64,000 nucleotides of DNA, from the NCBI GenBank assembly GCA_027307335.1, contig DAHUXD010000054.1:4611-68610 (forward strand), in the 5' to 3' direction. The notes under the pieces were generated by a model. That model searched no databases and was not told the origin of the DNA. It saw only the letters and a list, made by a program, of their open reading frames with translations. The translations under genes and the position numbers were made by a program. Positions 1 through 9,841 of this stretch are shown here, in pieces (position 1 is the first letter of the stretch; each line of letters begins with the position of its first letter). This stretch comes from Acidobacteriota bacterium (GTDB taxonomy: Bacteria; Acidobacteriota; Thermoanaerobaculia; UBA5066; Gp7-AA6).

Positions 1-5
1 TCGGA

Positions 6-1463
6 ATGGTCGTCGCGAGCTCCGTCAACATCACCCCGCGTTCGGAGGCGCAGCACGAGGCGTCGGCCCCCCGGGCCCACGCCACGACCCCCGGCGCCCC
101 GTCCTTCGCCGACATCGCCCAGGAGGCGATGCCGTCCGTCGTGTCCATCACCTCGACGGACATCGTGAAGGGCAGCCAGGGCCGGCGTTACTCGAATCCG
201 TTCGGCGGCGACGGCGGCGGCGATCCGTTCGAGTTCTTCTTCGGGCCGGGCAATCCGCACGGCCGGCAGCAGAACGACGACGAGGAGCACAAGCAGGTGC
301 AGGGCGGCACCGGTTTCATCATCTCGGACGACGGCTACATCGTCACCAACAACCACGTGATCGAGGGGGCGGACAAGATCGAGGTGAGGATCAACAACAA
401 GGAGAAGTACACGGCCAAGCTCATCGGCCACGACACCGCGACCGATCTCGCGCTGATCAAGGTCGAGACCAAGCAGCGCCTGACGCCGCTCCCGCTCGGC
501 GACTCCGAGCGGCTGCGCGTCGGCGAGTGGGTGATGGCCATCGGCGATCCGCTCGCGTTCGACAAGACCGTCACCGTCGGCGTCGTGTCGGCCAAGCAGC
601 GGTCCGGCCTGACCGCCGACCCGGCCACGCGATCCTTCGAGAACTACATCCAGACCGATGCGGCCATCAACTTCGGCAACTCCGGCGGCCCGCTGATCAA
701 CGTCAACGGCGAGGTCATCGGCATCAACACCGCGATCTTCCGCCCCGCGCAGAACATCGGGTTCGCGGTTCCGGTGAACACGCTCAAGCAGGTCCTTCCC
801 CAGCTCCGCGAGAAGGGAAAGGTCACGCGCGGGTTCCTCGGCATCAACATCGTCAACGTGGACTCCGATCGCGCCGCGGCCTTCAACCTGAAGACCGAGG
901 ACGGTGCCTTCGTCGAGTCGGTCGAGTCCGGCAAGCCCGCCGACAAGGCGGGCGTGAAGCCGGGCGACACGATCGTCAAGGTGGACAGCGTGCCGGTCAA
1001 GGAGACCCGCGACCTCATCGGCTACGTCTCCGGCAAGGCCCCGGGCAGCAAGGTGCAGCTCGAGGTGATCCGCGACGGCAAGCCCGTGGAGTTGACGGCG
1101 AACCTCGCCGAGCGCAAGGACGAAACCTCCGGGAAGGAGCCCGAGAAGACGGCCTCCGACGACTCGCACGAGCGGATCGGCATCCAGGTCACCGAGCTGA
1201 CGCCGCAGGTGCGGCAGATGGAGCGCCTCAAGGCGGACGTCAACGGTCTGCTCGTCGTGCACGTCAAGGAGGTCTCCGCCGCGGCCGACGCCGGCATCCA
1301 GGAGGGCGACATCATCACGCAGGTCAACGGGCAGAAGGTCGGTTCGACCGAGGACTTCGGCAAAGTGGTGTCTCGCGCCAAGAAGGGCGATTACCTGAAG
1401 CTGTACGTCTACCACCCGAGGGCGAACGTCTCGACCTTCGCCCTGGTCAAGATCGGCGACTGA
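6..1463 (+). CDS. HtrA/DegP-family periplasmic serine endoprotease (trypsin-like domain plus two PDZ domains), probably 5'-partial because the frame is open to the window edge
   Basis: Protease-domain motifs TNNHV, D-LALIK and GNSGGPL; two C-terminal PDZ-like segments; no signal peptide before the mature-domain start, which suggests the N-terminus lies upstream. Confidence 0.8.
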   Translation: MVVASSVNITPRSEAQHEASAPRAHATTPGAPSFADIAQEAMPSVVSITSTDIVKGSQGRRYSNPFGGDGGGDPFEFFFGPGNPHGRQQNDDEEHKQVQGGTGFIISDDGYIVTNNHVIEGADKIEVRINNKEKYTAKLIGHDTATDLALIKVETKQRLTPLPLGDSERLRVGEWVMAIGDPLAFDKTVTVGVVSAKQRSGLTADPATRSFENYIQTDAAINFGNSGGPLINVNGEVIGINTAIFRPAQNIGFAVPVNTLKQVLPQLREKGKVTRGFLGINIVNVDSDRAAAFNLKTEDGAFVESVESGKPADKAGVKPGDTIVKVDSVPVKETRDLIGYVSGKAPGSKVQLEVIRDGKPVELTANLAERKDETSGKEPEKTASDDSHERIGIQVTELTPQVRQMERLKADVNGLLVVHVKEVSAAADAGIQEGDIITQVNGQKVGSTEDFGKVVSRAKKGDYLKLYVYHPRANVSTFALVKIGD

Positions 1464-1589
1464 CGCCGACCCGCTTCGAAGATTTCCCGAGCCGCGCCCG
1501 CCGCAAGGCGGGCGCGGCCGTCTGGAGCGGATCGGCAAGGGAATGACCGGCAGGGAATAACCGCGACCCGGCGAATGTAGGGGAGGGCG

Positions 1590-2954
<1,365 letters not shown>

Positions 2955-2965
2955 TAAAGGGTCGC

Positions 2966-2990
2966 CCCCCTCTCCCCTTGGGAGAGGGGG
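2966..2990 (+). terminator. Perfect 10-bp GC hairpin (CCCCCTCTCC-ccttg-GGAGAGGGGG) 12 nt after the regulator stop; intrinsic-terminator-like but without a U-tract
   Basis: Read directly from the sequence; followed by a G-rich tract rather than T-rich. Confidence 0.3.
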
Positions 2991-3061
2991 TAGGGGTGAG
3001 GGGGAGCGACCGCCACCGCCGGACCCCTCTTCCTCAGAGTCGCTCCGGTAAGATCCGCCCC

Positions 3062-3631
3062 GTGATCACCCTCCGGGACTTCGAGGAAACCGGCGCTCTC
3101 CTCACCGGGCACTTCCGCCTCTCGAGCGGCCTCCACTCGGACCGCTATCTCCAGTGCGCGCGGCTCCTCATGTTTCCCGACCGCGCCGAACGGGCCGGCC
3201 AGGAGCTCGCGCACAAGCTCCGCGCCTTCTCGCCGAGGGCGGTCGTCTCGCCGGCGCTCGGCGGCGTGATCATCGGCCACGAGACCGCGCGCGCCCTCCG
3301 GATTCCGGCGATGTTCGTCGAGAGGAAGGACGGCGCCTTCGCGCTCCGGCGGGGTTTCGCGCTCGACCGCGGCGAGCCGGTGGTCGTGGTCGAGGACGTG
3401 TTCACGACCGGCAAGTCGACGCGCGAGGCGTCGGCCGCCGTGGAGACGGCGGGAGGACGCGTCCTCGCCGTCGGCTCCATCGTGGACCGGGGTCTTCCCG
3501 CGGGCGCCTTCGCCGTGCCCTCCCGCTCGCTGCTCTCCCTGTCGGTGCCGTCCTGGCCGGAGGCGGAGTGCCCGCTCTGCCGTCAGGGCGTTGCGATCGA
3601 CGCGCCCGGCAGCCGGTTCCAGAAGGGCTGA
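3062..3631 (+). CDS. pyrE: Orotate phosphoribosyltransferase (GTG start)
   Basis: LTGHFRLSSGLHSDRYLQCARLL and VVVEDVFTTGKS PRTase motifs; about 189 aa; the 5' part of ORF 2645..3631 upstream of the GTG lies in the preceding hairpin/terminator region and is not part of the gene. Confidence 0.8.
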   Translation: MITLRDFEETGALLTGHFRLSSGLHSDRYLQCARLLMFPDRAERAGQELAHKLRAFSPRAVVSPALGGVIIGHETARALRIPAMFVERKDGAFALRRGFALDRGEPVVVVEDVFTTGKSTREASAAVETAGGRVLAVGSIVDRGLPAGAFAVPSRSLLSLSVPSWPEAECPLCRQGVAIDAPGSRFQKG

Positions 3632-3652
3632 CGCGCCGCGAAGGCGACGCGA

Positions 3653-4408
3653 TCAGGCCGCGCCGAGCTCCTTCGCGAGCGCGCGCAGGAGCGCGCCGCC
3701 GTCGCCCTTCCAGGCGCTCCCGTGCATGCACGCGAGCGTCGTGGGCTCGGTCGCGGCGATCTTCGCGAGAATCGGCCCGGCATTCTTCGAGTGCGAGTAG
3801 TAGTCCATCGGCTTCCGGAACGCTTCGCTCGGCGCGAGGATGTCGGACTCGGTGACCGCGGTCTCGCCGGTGCCGCCCTGCGTGAAGAGGTCGCCGCAGA
3901 GGAGCGTCCTCGTCGTCTCCTCGAACAGGAACCCGGTCTCCCACCCGTGCGGAACGTGGGGTGCATCGATCCACTGCATGACGCGCTTTCCGAGGCGGAG
4001 CCGCTCGCCGTCCGCGAGAGCGCGCGGCGCGCGGTCGGCGAAGTCTTCGACCGACACCATGGCGGCGACCTGGCCGCAGACGGGCGCCGCGGCCGGCGCG
4101 GCGGCGAGCAGCAGATTGAGCGAGCCGCACTCGTCGGACTCGAAGTGCGAGAACGCGACGTGGCGGAGGCGCTCGACCGGCACGACGCTCGCGATCGCCT
4201 CGCGCACGAGCGGGAACATGCGCTTCAGCCCCGTGTGGAAGAGCAGCGGCTCGTCGTCGACGACCAGGTACTGGTTGAACGAGAAGCCGCCCGGGACGAG
4301 GGACAGCGGGGTCGAGATCCGATAGATGCCGTCGGCCACCTCGTGGACGTTCGTGCCCGATTCGGAATTGGTGATCATCCGCGTCCCTCCGCTCCGGATT
4401 GTACGCAC
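3653..4408 (-). CDS. MBL-fold metallo-hydrolase family protein
   Basis: H-x-H-x-D-like HFESDECG segment and overall MBL-like pattern; internal Met (MITNSE) is an alternative start. Confidence 0.55.
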   Translation of the reverse strand: MRTIRSGGTRMITNSESGTNVHEVADGIYRISTPLSLVPGGFSFNQYLVVDDEPLLFHTGLKRMFPLVREAIASVVPVERLRHVAFSHFESDECGSLNLLLAAAPAAAPVCGQVAAMVSVEDFADRAPRALADGERLRLGKRVMQWIDAPHVPHGWETGFLFEETTRTLLCGDLFTQGGTGETAVTESDILAPSEAFRKPMDYYSHSKNAGPILAKIAATEPTTLACMHGSAWKGDGGALLRALAKELGAA

Positions 4409-4434
4409 GCGCCGGCGTCCCGTAAGATGGCGGC

Positions 4435-5013
4435 ATGGACTTGAAGAACGTCTGCGTCTACTGCGGATCGAGCCCGACGCTCGATCCCGCCGTCGAGAAG
4501 GAGATCCGGGCGTTCGGGAGCGCGCTCGCGACGCGGGGCGTCGGGCTCGTCTACGGGGGCGCCTCGCGCGGACTCATGGGCGCGATCGCCGACGAGGTGC
4601 TCGCGGCCGGCGGCAAGGTGACGGGGATCATCCCGAAGGCCCTCGAGGGCCGCGAGGCGGCGCACCGCGGACTGACGGAGCTGAAGGTCGTCGGCACGAT
4701 GCACGAGCGCGAGCAGCTGATGTTCGATCTCTCCGACGCCTTCGTCGCGTTCCCGGGCGGCTACGGAACGATGGAGGAGATCATCGAGATGATCACGTGG
4801 AAGCAGATGGGCATCCACGGCAAGCCCATCGTGATCGCCAACATCGGCGGCTACTTCTCTCCGCTGCTCCAGCAGTTCGAGCTCGCGGTGCAGAAGAAGT
4901 ACGCCCGCACCGAGGACCGGATCCTTTTCGGCGTCGCCGACTCGACGAAGGCGGTCCTGACCTTTCTCGAGGGCGCGCCGGTGCTGTCGAGGAAGGCGGG
5001 AGACTGGGCCTGA
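4435..5013 (+). CDS. LOG-family protein (cytokinin riboside 5'-monophosphate phosphoribohydrolase-like, TIGR00730)
   Basis: GGASRGLMG and PGGYGTMEE motifs. Confidence 0.85.
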   Translation: MDLKNVCVYCGSSPTLDPAVEKEIRAFGSALATRGVGLVYGGASRGLMGAIADEVLAAGGKVTGIIPKALEGREAAHRGLTELKVVGTMHEREQLMFDLSDAFVAFPGGYGTMEEIIEMITWKQMGIHGKPIVIANIGGYFSPLLQQFELAVQKKYARTEDRILFGVADSTKAVLTFLEGAPVLSRKAGDWA

Positions 5014-5216
5014 CCGTCGCCTCCGCTCCGGGACGGAATCTGCGCCTTCGGCGCACCGGCCGGCGGCTCGCGGGCCACGCTCGACCGCCGGCCTGATTCC
5101 GCCGCGTCGCTCCGGCTCCCGCGGCGTGAGCCTCCTCCCTCGCTTCGCTCGGGAGACTTCTCACGCCGCGAGCTGATGTTTCAGCTCGGCCGATGAAATC
5201 CGGAACGTCGGATCGT

Positions 5217-5245
5217 TTGCCACCAGATCGCCCCTCTGGTAAATT
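5217..5245 (+). promoter_or_regulatory. Sigma-70-like promoter: TTGCCA - 17 nt - TAAATT
   Basis: -35 and -10 hexamers with 17-nt spacing, about 120 nt upstream of the tRNA-Val pair. Confidence 0.4.
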
Positions 5246-5366
5246 CCGCCGTCCCGGTGCTTCATGGCCCGGGAAGGATCTTTCACAACCAGGGACGAGG
5301 GCCGGGATCTAAATGCCCCTGCGGGCTTCCGGCCGGCAGCCCCCCGGGAAACCGGGATCGAAGAAC

Positions 5367-5441
<75 letters not shown>

Positions 5442-5457
5442 AGATTCTTCGACGCAC

Positions 5458-5533
5458 AGGCGCTTAGCTCAGCCGGGAGAGCGCTTCCTTCACACGGAAG
5501 AGGTCAGCGGTTCGATCCCGCTAGCGCCTACCA
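5458..5533 (+). tRNA. tRNA-Val (anticodon CAC), CCA encoded
   Basis: Acceptor AGGCGCT/AGCGCCT, anticodon stem CTTCC/GGAAG with loop TTCACAC, T-arm GGTTCGATCCC. Confidence 0.9.
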
Positions 5534-5546
5534 GTAGACGGTTCGA

Positions 5547-5577
5547 AACGCGGGGAGTGCCCGCGTTTTTGTTTTTT
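5547..5577 (+). terminator. Rho-independent terminator: ACGCGGG-gagtg-CCCGCGT followed by TTTTTGTTTTTT
   Basis: 7-bp GC stem plus a 12-nt T-tract immediately after the tRNA pair. Confidence 0.8.
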
Positions 5578-5597
5578 GGGAAGAGAGTAAGGAGAGA

Positions 5598-7550
5598 ATG
5601 GAAGCCCTGGCGCACACGGTCACGCTCACATTGCCCGACGGCTCGACGCGCGCGGTCCCGTCCGGGACCACCGTGCGCGAGATCGCCGAGGGCATCGGAC
5701 CGCGCCTCGCGAAGGATGCGCTCGCCGGCAAGCTCGACGGGCGCCTCGTCGACCTCTCGGCGCGCGTCGAGAGCGACGCGAGAGTCGAGATCGTCACGCC
5801 GAAGTCGCCGGACGCGCTGCCTCTCTACCGCCACTCGACCGCGCACCTGACGGCGAACGCGGTGAAGCGTCTCTTCCCCACGGTCCAGATCGGAATCGGC
5901 CCCGCGATCGAGGACGGCTACTACTACGACTTCAACCCCGAGCGGCCCTTCACGCCCGAGGACCTGTCGGCGATCGACGCCGAGATGCGGAAGATCATCG
6001 CCGAGGACAATCCGGTCGAACGCCTCGAAATGTCGAAGGAGGAGGCGATCCGGATCTTCGAGGGCCAGAAGGATTCTCTGAAGGTCGAGATCATCCGGGG
6101 CATCCCCGACGACCGGGTCTCCTGCTATCGCCAGAAGGACTTCATCGATCTCTGCCGCGGACCGCACGTCCCCTCGACGGGCAAGCTCGGCGTCTTCAAG
6201 CTCACGCACACGGCGGGCGCCTACTGGAAGGGCGACGAGAAGAACCCGATGCTCCAGCGGATCTACGCCGCCTGCTTCCTCACGCAGAAGGAGCTCGACG
6301 ATCACCTCCGGCGGATCGAGGAGGCGAAGGCCCGCGACCACCGGAAGCTCGGCAAGGAGCTCGACCTCTTCTCCTTCCACCCCTGGGCGCCCGCGTCGCC
6401 CTTCTTCCACCCGAAGGGCGCGGTCCTGTACAACGAGCTCCTCGAGTACCTGCGGGCCGAGTATCGGAAGCGCGGCTACCAGGAGGTTCTGACGCCCCAG
6501 ATCTTCGACGCCGAGCTCTTCAAGCTCTCCGGCCACTACCAGAACTACCACGAGAACATGTACTGGACGGAGATCGACGAGCGCGAGTTCGGCGTCAAGC
6601 CGATGAACTGTCCCGGCCACTTCCTGCTCTTCCAGACGCGGCTGTGGTCCTACCGGGATCTGCCCGTTCGGTTCGCGGACTTCGGCCGCCTCCACCGCTA
6701 CGAGCTCTCGGGCGTGACCGCGGGACTGACGCGCGTGCGCTCGTTCTCGCAGGACGATGCGCACATCTTCACGCCCTTCGAGCACGTCGAGAGCGAGATC
6801 TTCCGCTTCCTCGAGTTCACGGACGCGGTCTACGGCGCGTTCGGCTTCACGGACGTGGAGATCTCGCTCGGCCTCCGGCCGGAGAAGCGCATCGGTACCG
6901 ACGACCAGTGGGACCGCGGCGAGACGGCGCTCGCGGCGGCGCTCGAGAAGTCGGGGCGCAACCACGTCGTCACGCCCGGCGACGGCGCGTTCTACGGCCC
7001 GAAGATCGATTTCCGCGTGAAGGACGCCCTCGGTCGGCCGTGGCAGCTCGGGACGATCCAGTGCGACTTCGAGCACGCCGAGAGCTTCGACTTGACCTAC
7101 ATCGGCGAGGACGGAAAGGCGCACCGGCCCGTCATCATGCACCGCGCCATCCTGGGATCGTTCGAGCGGTTCATCGGGATCCTGATCGAGCACACGGCGG
7201 GCAACTTCCCCTTCTGGATCTCGCCCGTGCAGGCCGTGGTGATCCCGGTGTCCGACCGCTTCGCGGAGGCGGCGCGGGGCGTCGCCGCGAGGCTGTCGGC
7301 GGCGGGCCTGCGGGTCGAGTGCGACGACCGCAACGAGAAGCTCGGCGCCCGCATCCGGCGGGCCGAGCTGCTGAAGTCCCCTTGCATGCTCGTCGTGGGC
7401 GAGAAGGAGGCGGCCGCCGGCACGGTGGCCGTTCGTCTTCGCCACGGTGGCGATGCGGGAACCATGTCGATCGAGGCGTTCCTCTCGGCCGCCGCCGCGG
7501 CGGCCGCGGGACGAAAGCAGGAACTGACGACGGAGGTGAAAGATCGATAA
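5598..7550 (+). CDS. thrS: Threonine--tRNA ligase
   Basis: N-terminal TGS domain, class II aaRS core, 650 aa; RBS AAGGAGAG upstream. Confidence 0.95.
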   Translation: MEALAHTVTLTLPDGSTRAVPSGTTVREIAEGIGPRLAKDALAGKLDGRLVDLSARVESDARVEIVTPKSPDALPLYRHSTAHLTANAVKRLFPTVQIGIGPAIEDGYYYDFNPERPFTPEDLSAIDAEMRKIIAEDNPVERLEMSKEEAIRIFEGQKDSLKVEIIRGIPDDRVSCYRQKDFIDLCRGPHVPSTGKLGVFKLTHTAGAYWKGDEKNPMLQRIYAACFLTQKELDDHLRRIEEAKARDHRKLGKELDLFSFHPWAPASPFFHPKGAVLYNELLEYLRAEYRKRGYQEVLTPQIFDAELFKLSGHYQNYHENMYWTEIDEREFGVKPMNCPGHFLLFQTRLWSYRDLPVRFADFGRLHRYELSGVTAGLTRVRSFSQDDAHIFTPFEHVESEIFRFLEFTDAVYGAFGFTDVEISLGLRPEKRIGTDDQWDRGETALAAALEKSGRNHVVTPGDGAFYGPKIDFRVKDALGRPWQLGTIQCDFEHAESFDLTYIGEDGKAHRPVIMHRAILGSFERFIGILIEHTAGNFPFWISPVQAVVIPVSDRFAEAARGVAARLSAAGLRVECDDRNEKLGARIRRAELLKSPCMLVVGEKEAAAGTVAVRLRHGGDAGTMSIEAFLSAAAAAAAGRKQELTTEVKDR

Positions 7551-8082
7551 GAAGAGCATTCGCATCAACGAACAGATCCGGTGGAAGGAAGTCCGACTGA
7601 TCGGCGCCGAGGGAGAAGCGCTCGGCGTGGTAACGATGTCGGACGCGCTCCAGAAGGCGCGCGAGGCGGCGCTCGATCTGGTCGAGATCGCCCCGACGGC
7701 GCAGCCGCCGGTCTGCCGGATCATGAACTTCGGGAAGTTCATCTACCAGCAGAAGAAGAAGCAGCAGGATTCGAAGAAGAAGCAGAAGACGACGCAGGTC
7801 AAGGAAGTCAAGTTCCGCCCGAACATCGACGACCACGACTACGAGTTCAAGATGAAGAACATCGAGAAATTTCTGGCGCACGGCGACAAGGTGAAGGCCA
7901 CCGTGCAGTTCCGCGGCCGCGAGATGGCGCGCCGGGAGAACGGCCAGAAGGTGCTCGATCGTCTCCTGACGGACCTGTCGGGAAAGGCGGTGGCCGAGTC
8001 CCGTTCCGAGATGCTCGGGAACCGGCTCTACCAGATCCTCTCGCCGGTCCGGCACGAAAAGGGAACCAAGGCCGCGGGTTGA
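7543..8082 (+). CDS. infC: Translation initiation factor IF-3 with a non-AUG start (AUC at 7543, alternatively AUU at 7558)
   Basis: IF-3 N-terminal signature (K)[17 protein letters not shown] lies upstream of the first ATG (7627) in the same open frame; GGAGG SD 6 nt before ATC 7543; in-frame TGA at 7537. Confidence 0.75.
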   Translation: MDKKSIRINEQIRWKEVRLIGAEGEALGVVTMSDALQKAREAALDLVEIAPTAQPPVCRIMNFGKFIYQQKKKQQDSKKKQKTTQVKEVKFRPNIDDHDYEFKMKNIEKFLAHGDKVKATVQFRGREMARRENGQKVLDRLLTDLSGKAVAESRSEMLGNRLYQILSPVRHEKGTKAAG

Positions 8083-8107
8083 TCGCGGCCGCCTGAGGGA
8101 GAGACAC

Positions 8108-8305
8108 ATGCCGAAGCTGAAGACGCATCGCGGAGCCGCGAAGCGGTTCCGAAAGACCGCGTCCGGAAAGTTCAAGAGGGCGAAGGCCTTCAAGAGCCAC
8201 ATCCTCACGAAGAAGGCGCCCGGGAGAAAGCGCGGACTCGCGCAGGGGACGAGCGTTTCGAAGGCGGACACCAAGGGCGTCCGCGAGATGCTGCCCTACG
8301 CGTAG
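8108..8305 (+). CDS. rpmI: 50S ribosomal protein L35
   Basis: [24 protein letters not shown]. Confidence 0.9.
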   Translation: MPKLKTHRGAAKRFRKTASGKFKRAKAFKSHILTKKAPGRKRGLAQGTSVSKADTKGVREMLPYA

Positions 8306-8383
8306 GCCGGTTCGCGCGGCGGCGGAACGCCGCGAAGCGCGCGGGAGCGCCGCGTCGAAGAAACGAAAACCAAGGAGAAAACG

Positions 8384-8746
8384 ATGCCTCGCGTAAAGAG
8401 GGGACCCAAGAGAAAGAATCGCCGGTCGAAAACGCTGGCGCTCGCCAAGGGGTACTACGGCACCAAGTCGAAGTCGTACCGGATGGCGAAGCTCCAGGTG
8501 GAGAAGTCGCTCGTCTACGCGTACCGGGACCGGAAGGCGAAGAAGCGCGACTTCCGCGGCCTCTGGATCGTGCGGATCAACGCCGCGGCCCGCGAGCACG
8601 AGATCTCGTACTCGAAGCTCGTCGACGGCCTGAAGAAGGCCGGCAACGAGATCAATCGGAAGATGCTGGCGGACCTCGCCGTCTCGGACCCGGCCGCATT
8701 CGGCCACCTCGTCGGCGTCGCCAAGCAGGCGCTGAAGATCGCCTGA
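8384..8746 (+). CDS. rplT: 50S ribosomal protein L20
   Basis: [26 protein letters not shown]. Confidence 0.95.
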   Translation: MPRVKRGPKRKNRRSKTLALAKGYYGTKSKSYRMAKLQVEKSLVYAYRDRKAKKRDFRGLWIVRINAAAREHEISYSKLVDGLKKAGNEINRKMLADLAVSDPAAFGHLVGVAKQALKIA

Positions 8747-8788
8747 CGTTGGAACGCGGACGGCTGACCGCAGACGGCTGACGGCAAC

Positions 8789-9841
8789 GTGGCGTCCGAT
8801 CCCATCCAGGCGCTGCTCGGCTCCTTCCGGGAGGAGATCGGGAGAGGTGTATCGACCCGCGGCGAGTTCGAGCGGCTGAAGGGCCGGTTCCTCGGCCGGG
8901 AAAAAGGGCTCGTGCCCGAGCTCTTCGCGCGGCTGAAGACGCTCCCGCCGGGAGAGCGCGGCGCGTTCGGGGCGCGCGCGAACGCGGCGAAGACGGAGAT
9001 CGAGGAGGCCGTCCGGCGCCTCGGCGCGGAGCTCGAGAGGCGGGAGGCGGCTTCGCGCGACCGCGCCGCCGCGGTGGACGTCACGCTCCCGGGCCGGCGC
9101 CCGCGGCGCGGAGGTTTGCACCCGATCACGGTCGTCCGCCGCCGGATCGAGGACATCTTCCTGCGCATGGGCTACTCGATCGCCGACGGTCCGGAGCTCG
9201 AGAACGATTTCCACAACTTCGAGGCGTTGAACTTCCCGCCGGAGCACCCCGCGCGGGACGCGCAGGACACGCTGCTCGTCGATCGGCCCGCGGCCTCGCC
9301 GCTGCTCCTGCGCACGCACACCTCGCCGGTCCAGATCCGCGAGATGCGGAAGCACGGAGCGCCGCTGCGCCTCATCGTGCCGGGGCGCGTCTACCGCAAG
9401 GACGAGGTCGACGCGACGCACTCGCCGGTCTTCCACCAGGTGGAGGGTCTCGTCGTCGACCACGGCATCTCCATGGCGGACCTGAAGGGAACGATCGCGG
9501 CGTTCCTCGAGGCGCTCTTCGGGAAGGGAACGAAGACCCGATTCATCCCGACGTTTTTCCCCTTCGTCGAGCCGGGCGTCGACGTCTCGATGACGTGCAT
9601 CTTCTGCAGGGGCGACGGGTGTCCGAAGTGCAAGGGCTCGGGCTGGATCGAGATCATGGGCGCCGGCATGGTGCACCCGCGCGTGCTGCAGGGCGTCGCG
9701 ATCGATCCCGAGGAGTACACGGGGTTCGCGTTCGGGCTCGGCATCGACCGCGTCGCGCTCCTGAAGTACGGCTTCCCGGACCTCCGCCTCCTCTTCGAGG
9801 GCGACGAGCGCTTCCTCGCCCAGTTCGCGGGGGAGGCATGA
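8789..9841 (+). CDS. pheS: Phenylalanine--tRNA ligase alpha subunit (GTG start)
   Basis: FNFPPEHPARD motif, class II core. Confidence 0.9.
   Translation: MASDPIQALLGSFREEIGRGVSTRGEFERLKGRFLGREKGLVPELFARLKTLPPGERGAFGARANAAKTEIEEAVRRLGAELERREAASRDRAAAVDVTLPGRRPRRGGLHPITVVRRRIEDIFLRMGYSIADGPELENDFHNFEALNFPPEHPARDAQDTLLVDRPAASPLLLRTHTSPVQIREMRKHGAPLRLIVPGRVYRKDEVDATHSPVFHQVEGLVVDHGISMADLKGTIAAFLEALFGKGTKTRFIPTFFPFVEPGVDVSMTCIFCRGDGCPKCKGSGWIEIMGAGMVHPRVLQGVAIDPEEYTGFAFGLGIDRVALLKYGFPDLRLLFEGDERFLAQFAGEA

Noticed and set aside
5013-5366. Search for tRNA-Sec, CRISPR repeats or IS elements in the largest intergenic spaces (also 21569-21700 and 63612-63739)
   Set aside because: No long-variable-arm cloverleaf with a UCA anticodon, no direct-repeat/spacer periodicity, and no transposase-like ORFs or terminal inverted repeats were seen.
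5490-7742. 750-aa minus-strand ORF antisense to thrS, and similar long ORFs at 7847..9676(-), 9391..12186(-), 12688..15942(-), 16355..18094(-), 17925..20222(-), 22264..26154(-), 31037..33592(-), 34462..37848(-), 44050..46707(-), 47476..50034(-), 47658..50465(+), 50758..53079(-), 51435..54245(+)
   Set aside because: Arg/Pro/Gly/Ala-rich low-complexity translations with no recognisable domains, each lying opposite or out of frame to a well-supported gene. They are typical stop-codon-poor shadow ORFs of about 70% GC DNA.
8750-8790. GACGGCTGAC duplicated 10-mer before pheS and a similar CAGACGGCAGAC near 16805
   Set aside because: Short, imperfect, with no flanking structure. Probably chance or RBS-region low complexity.
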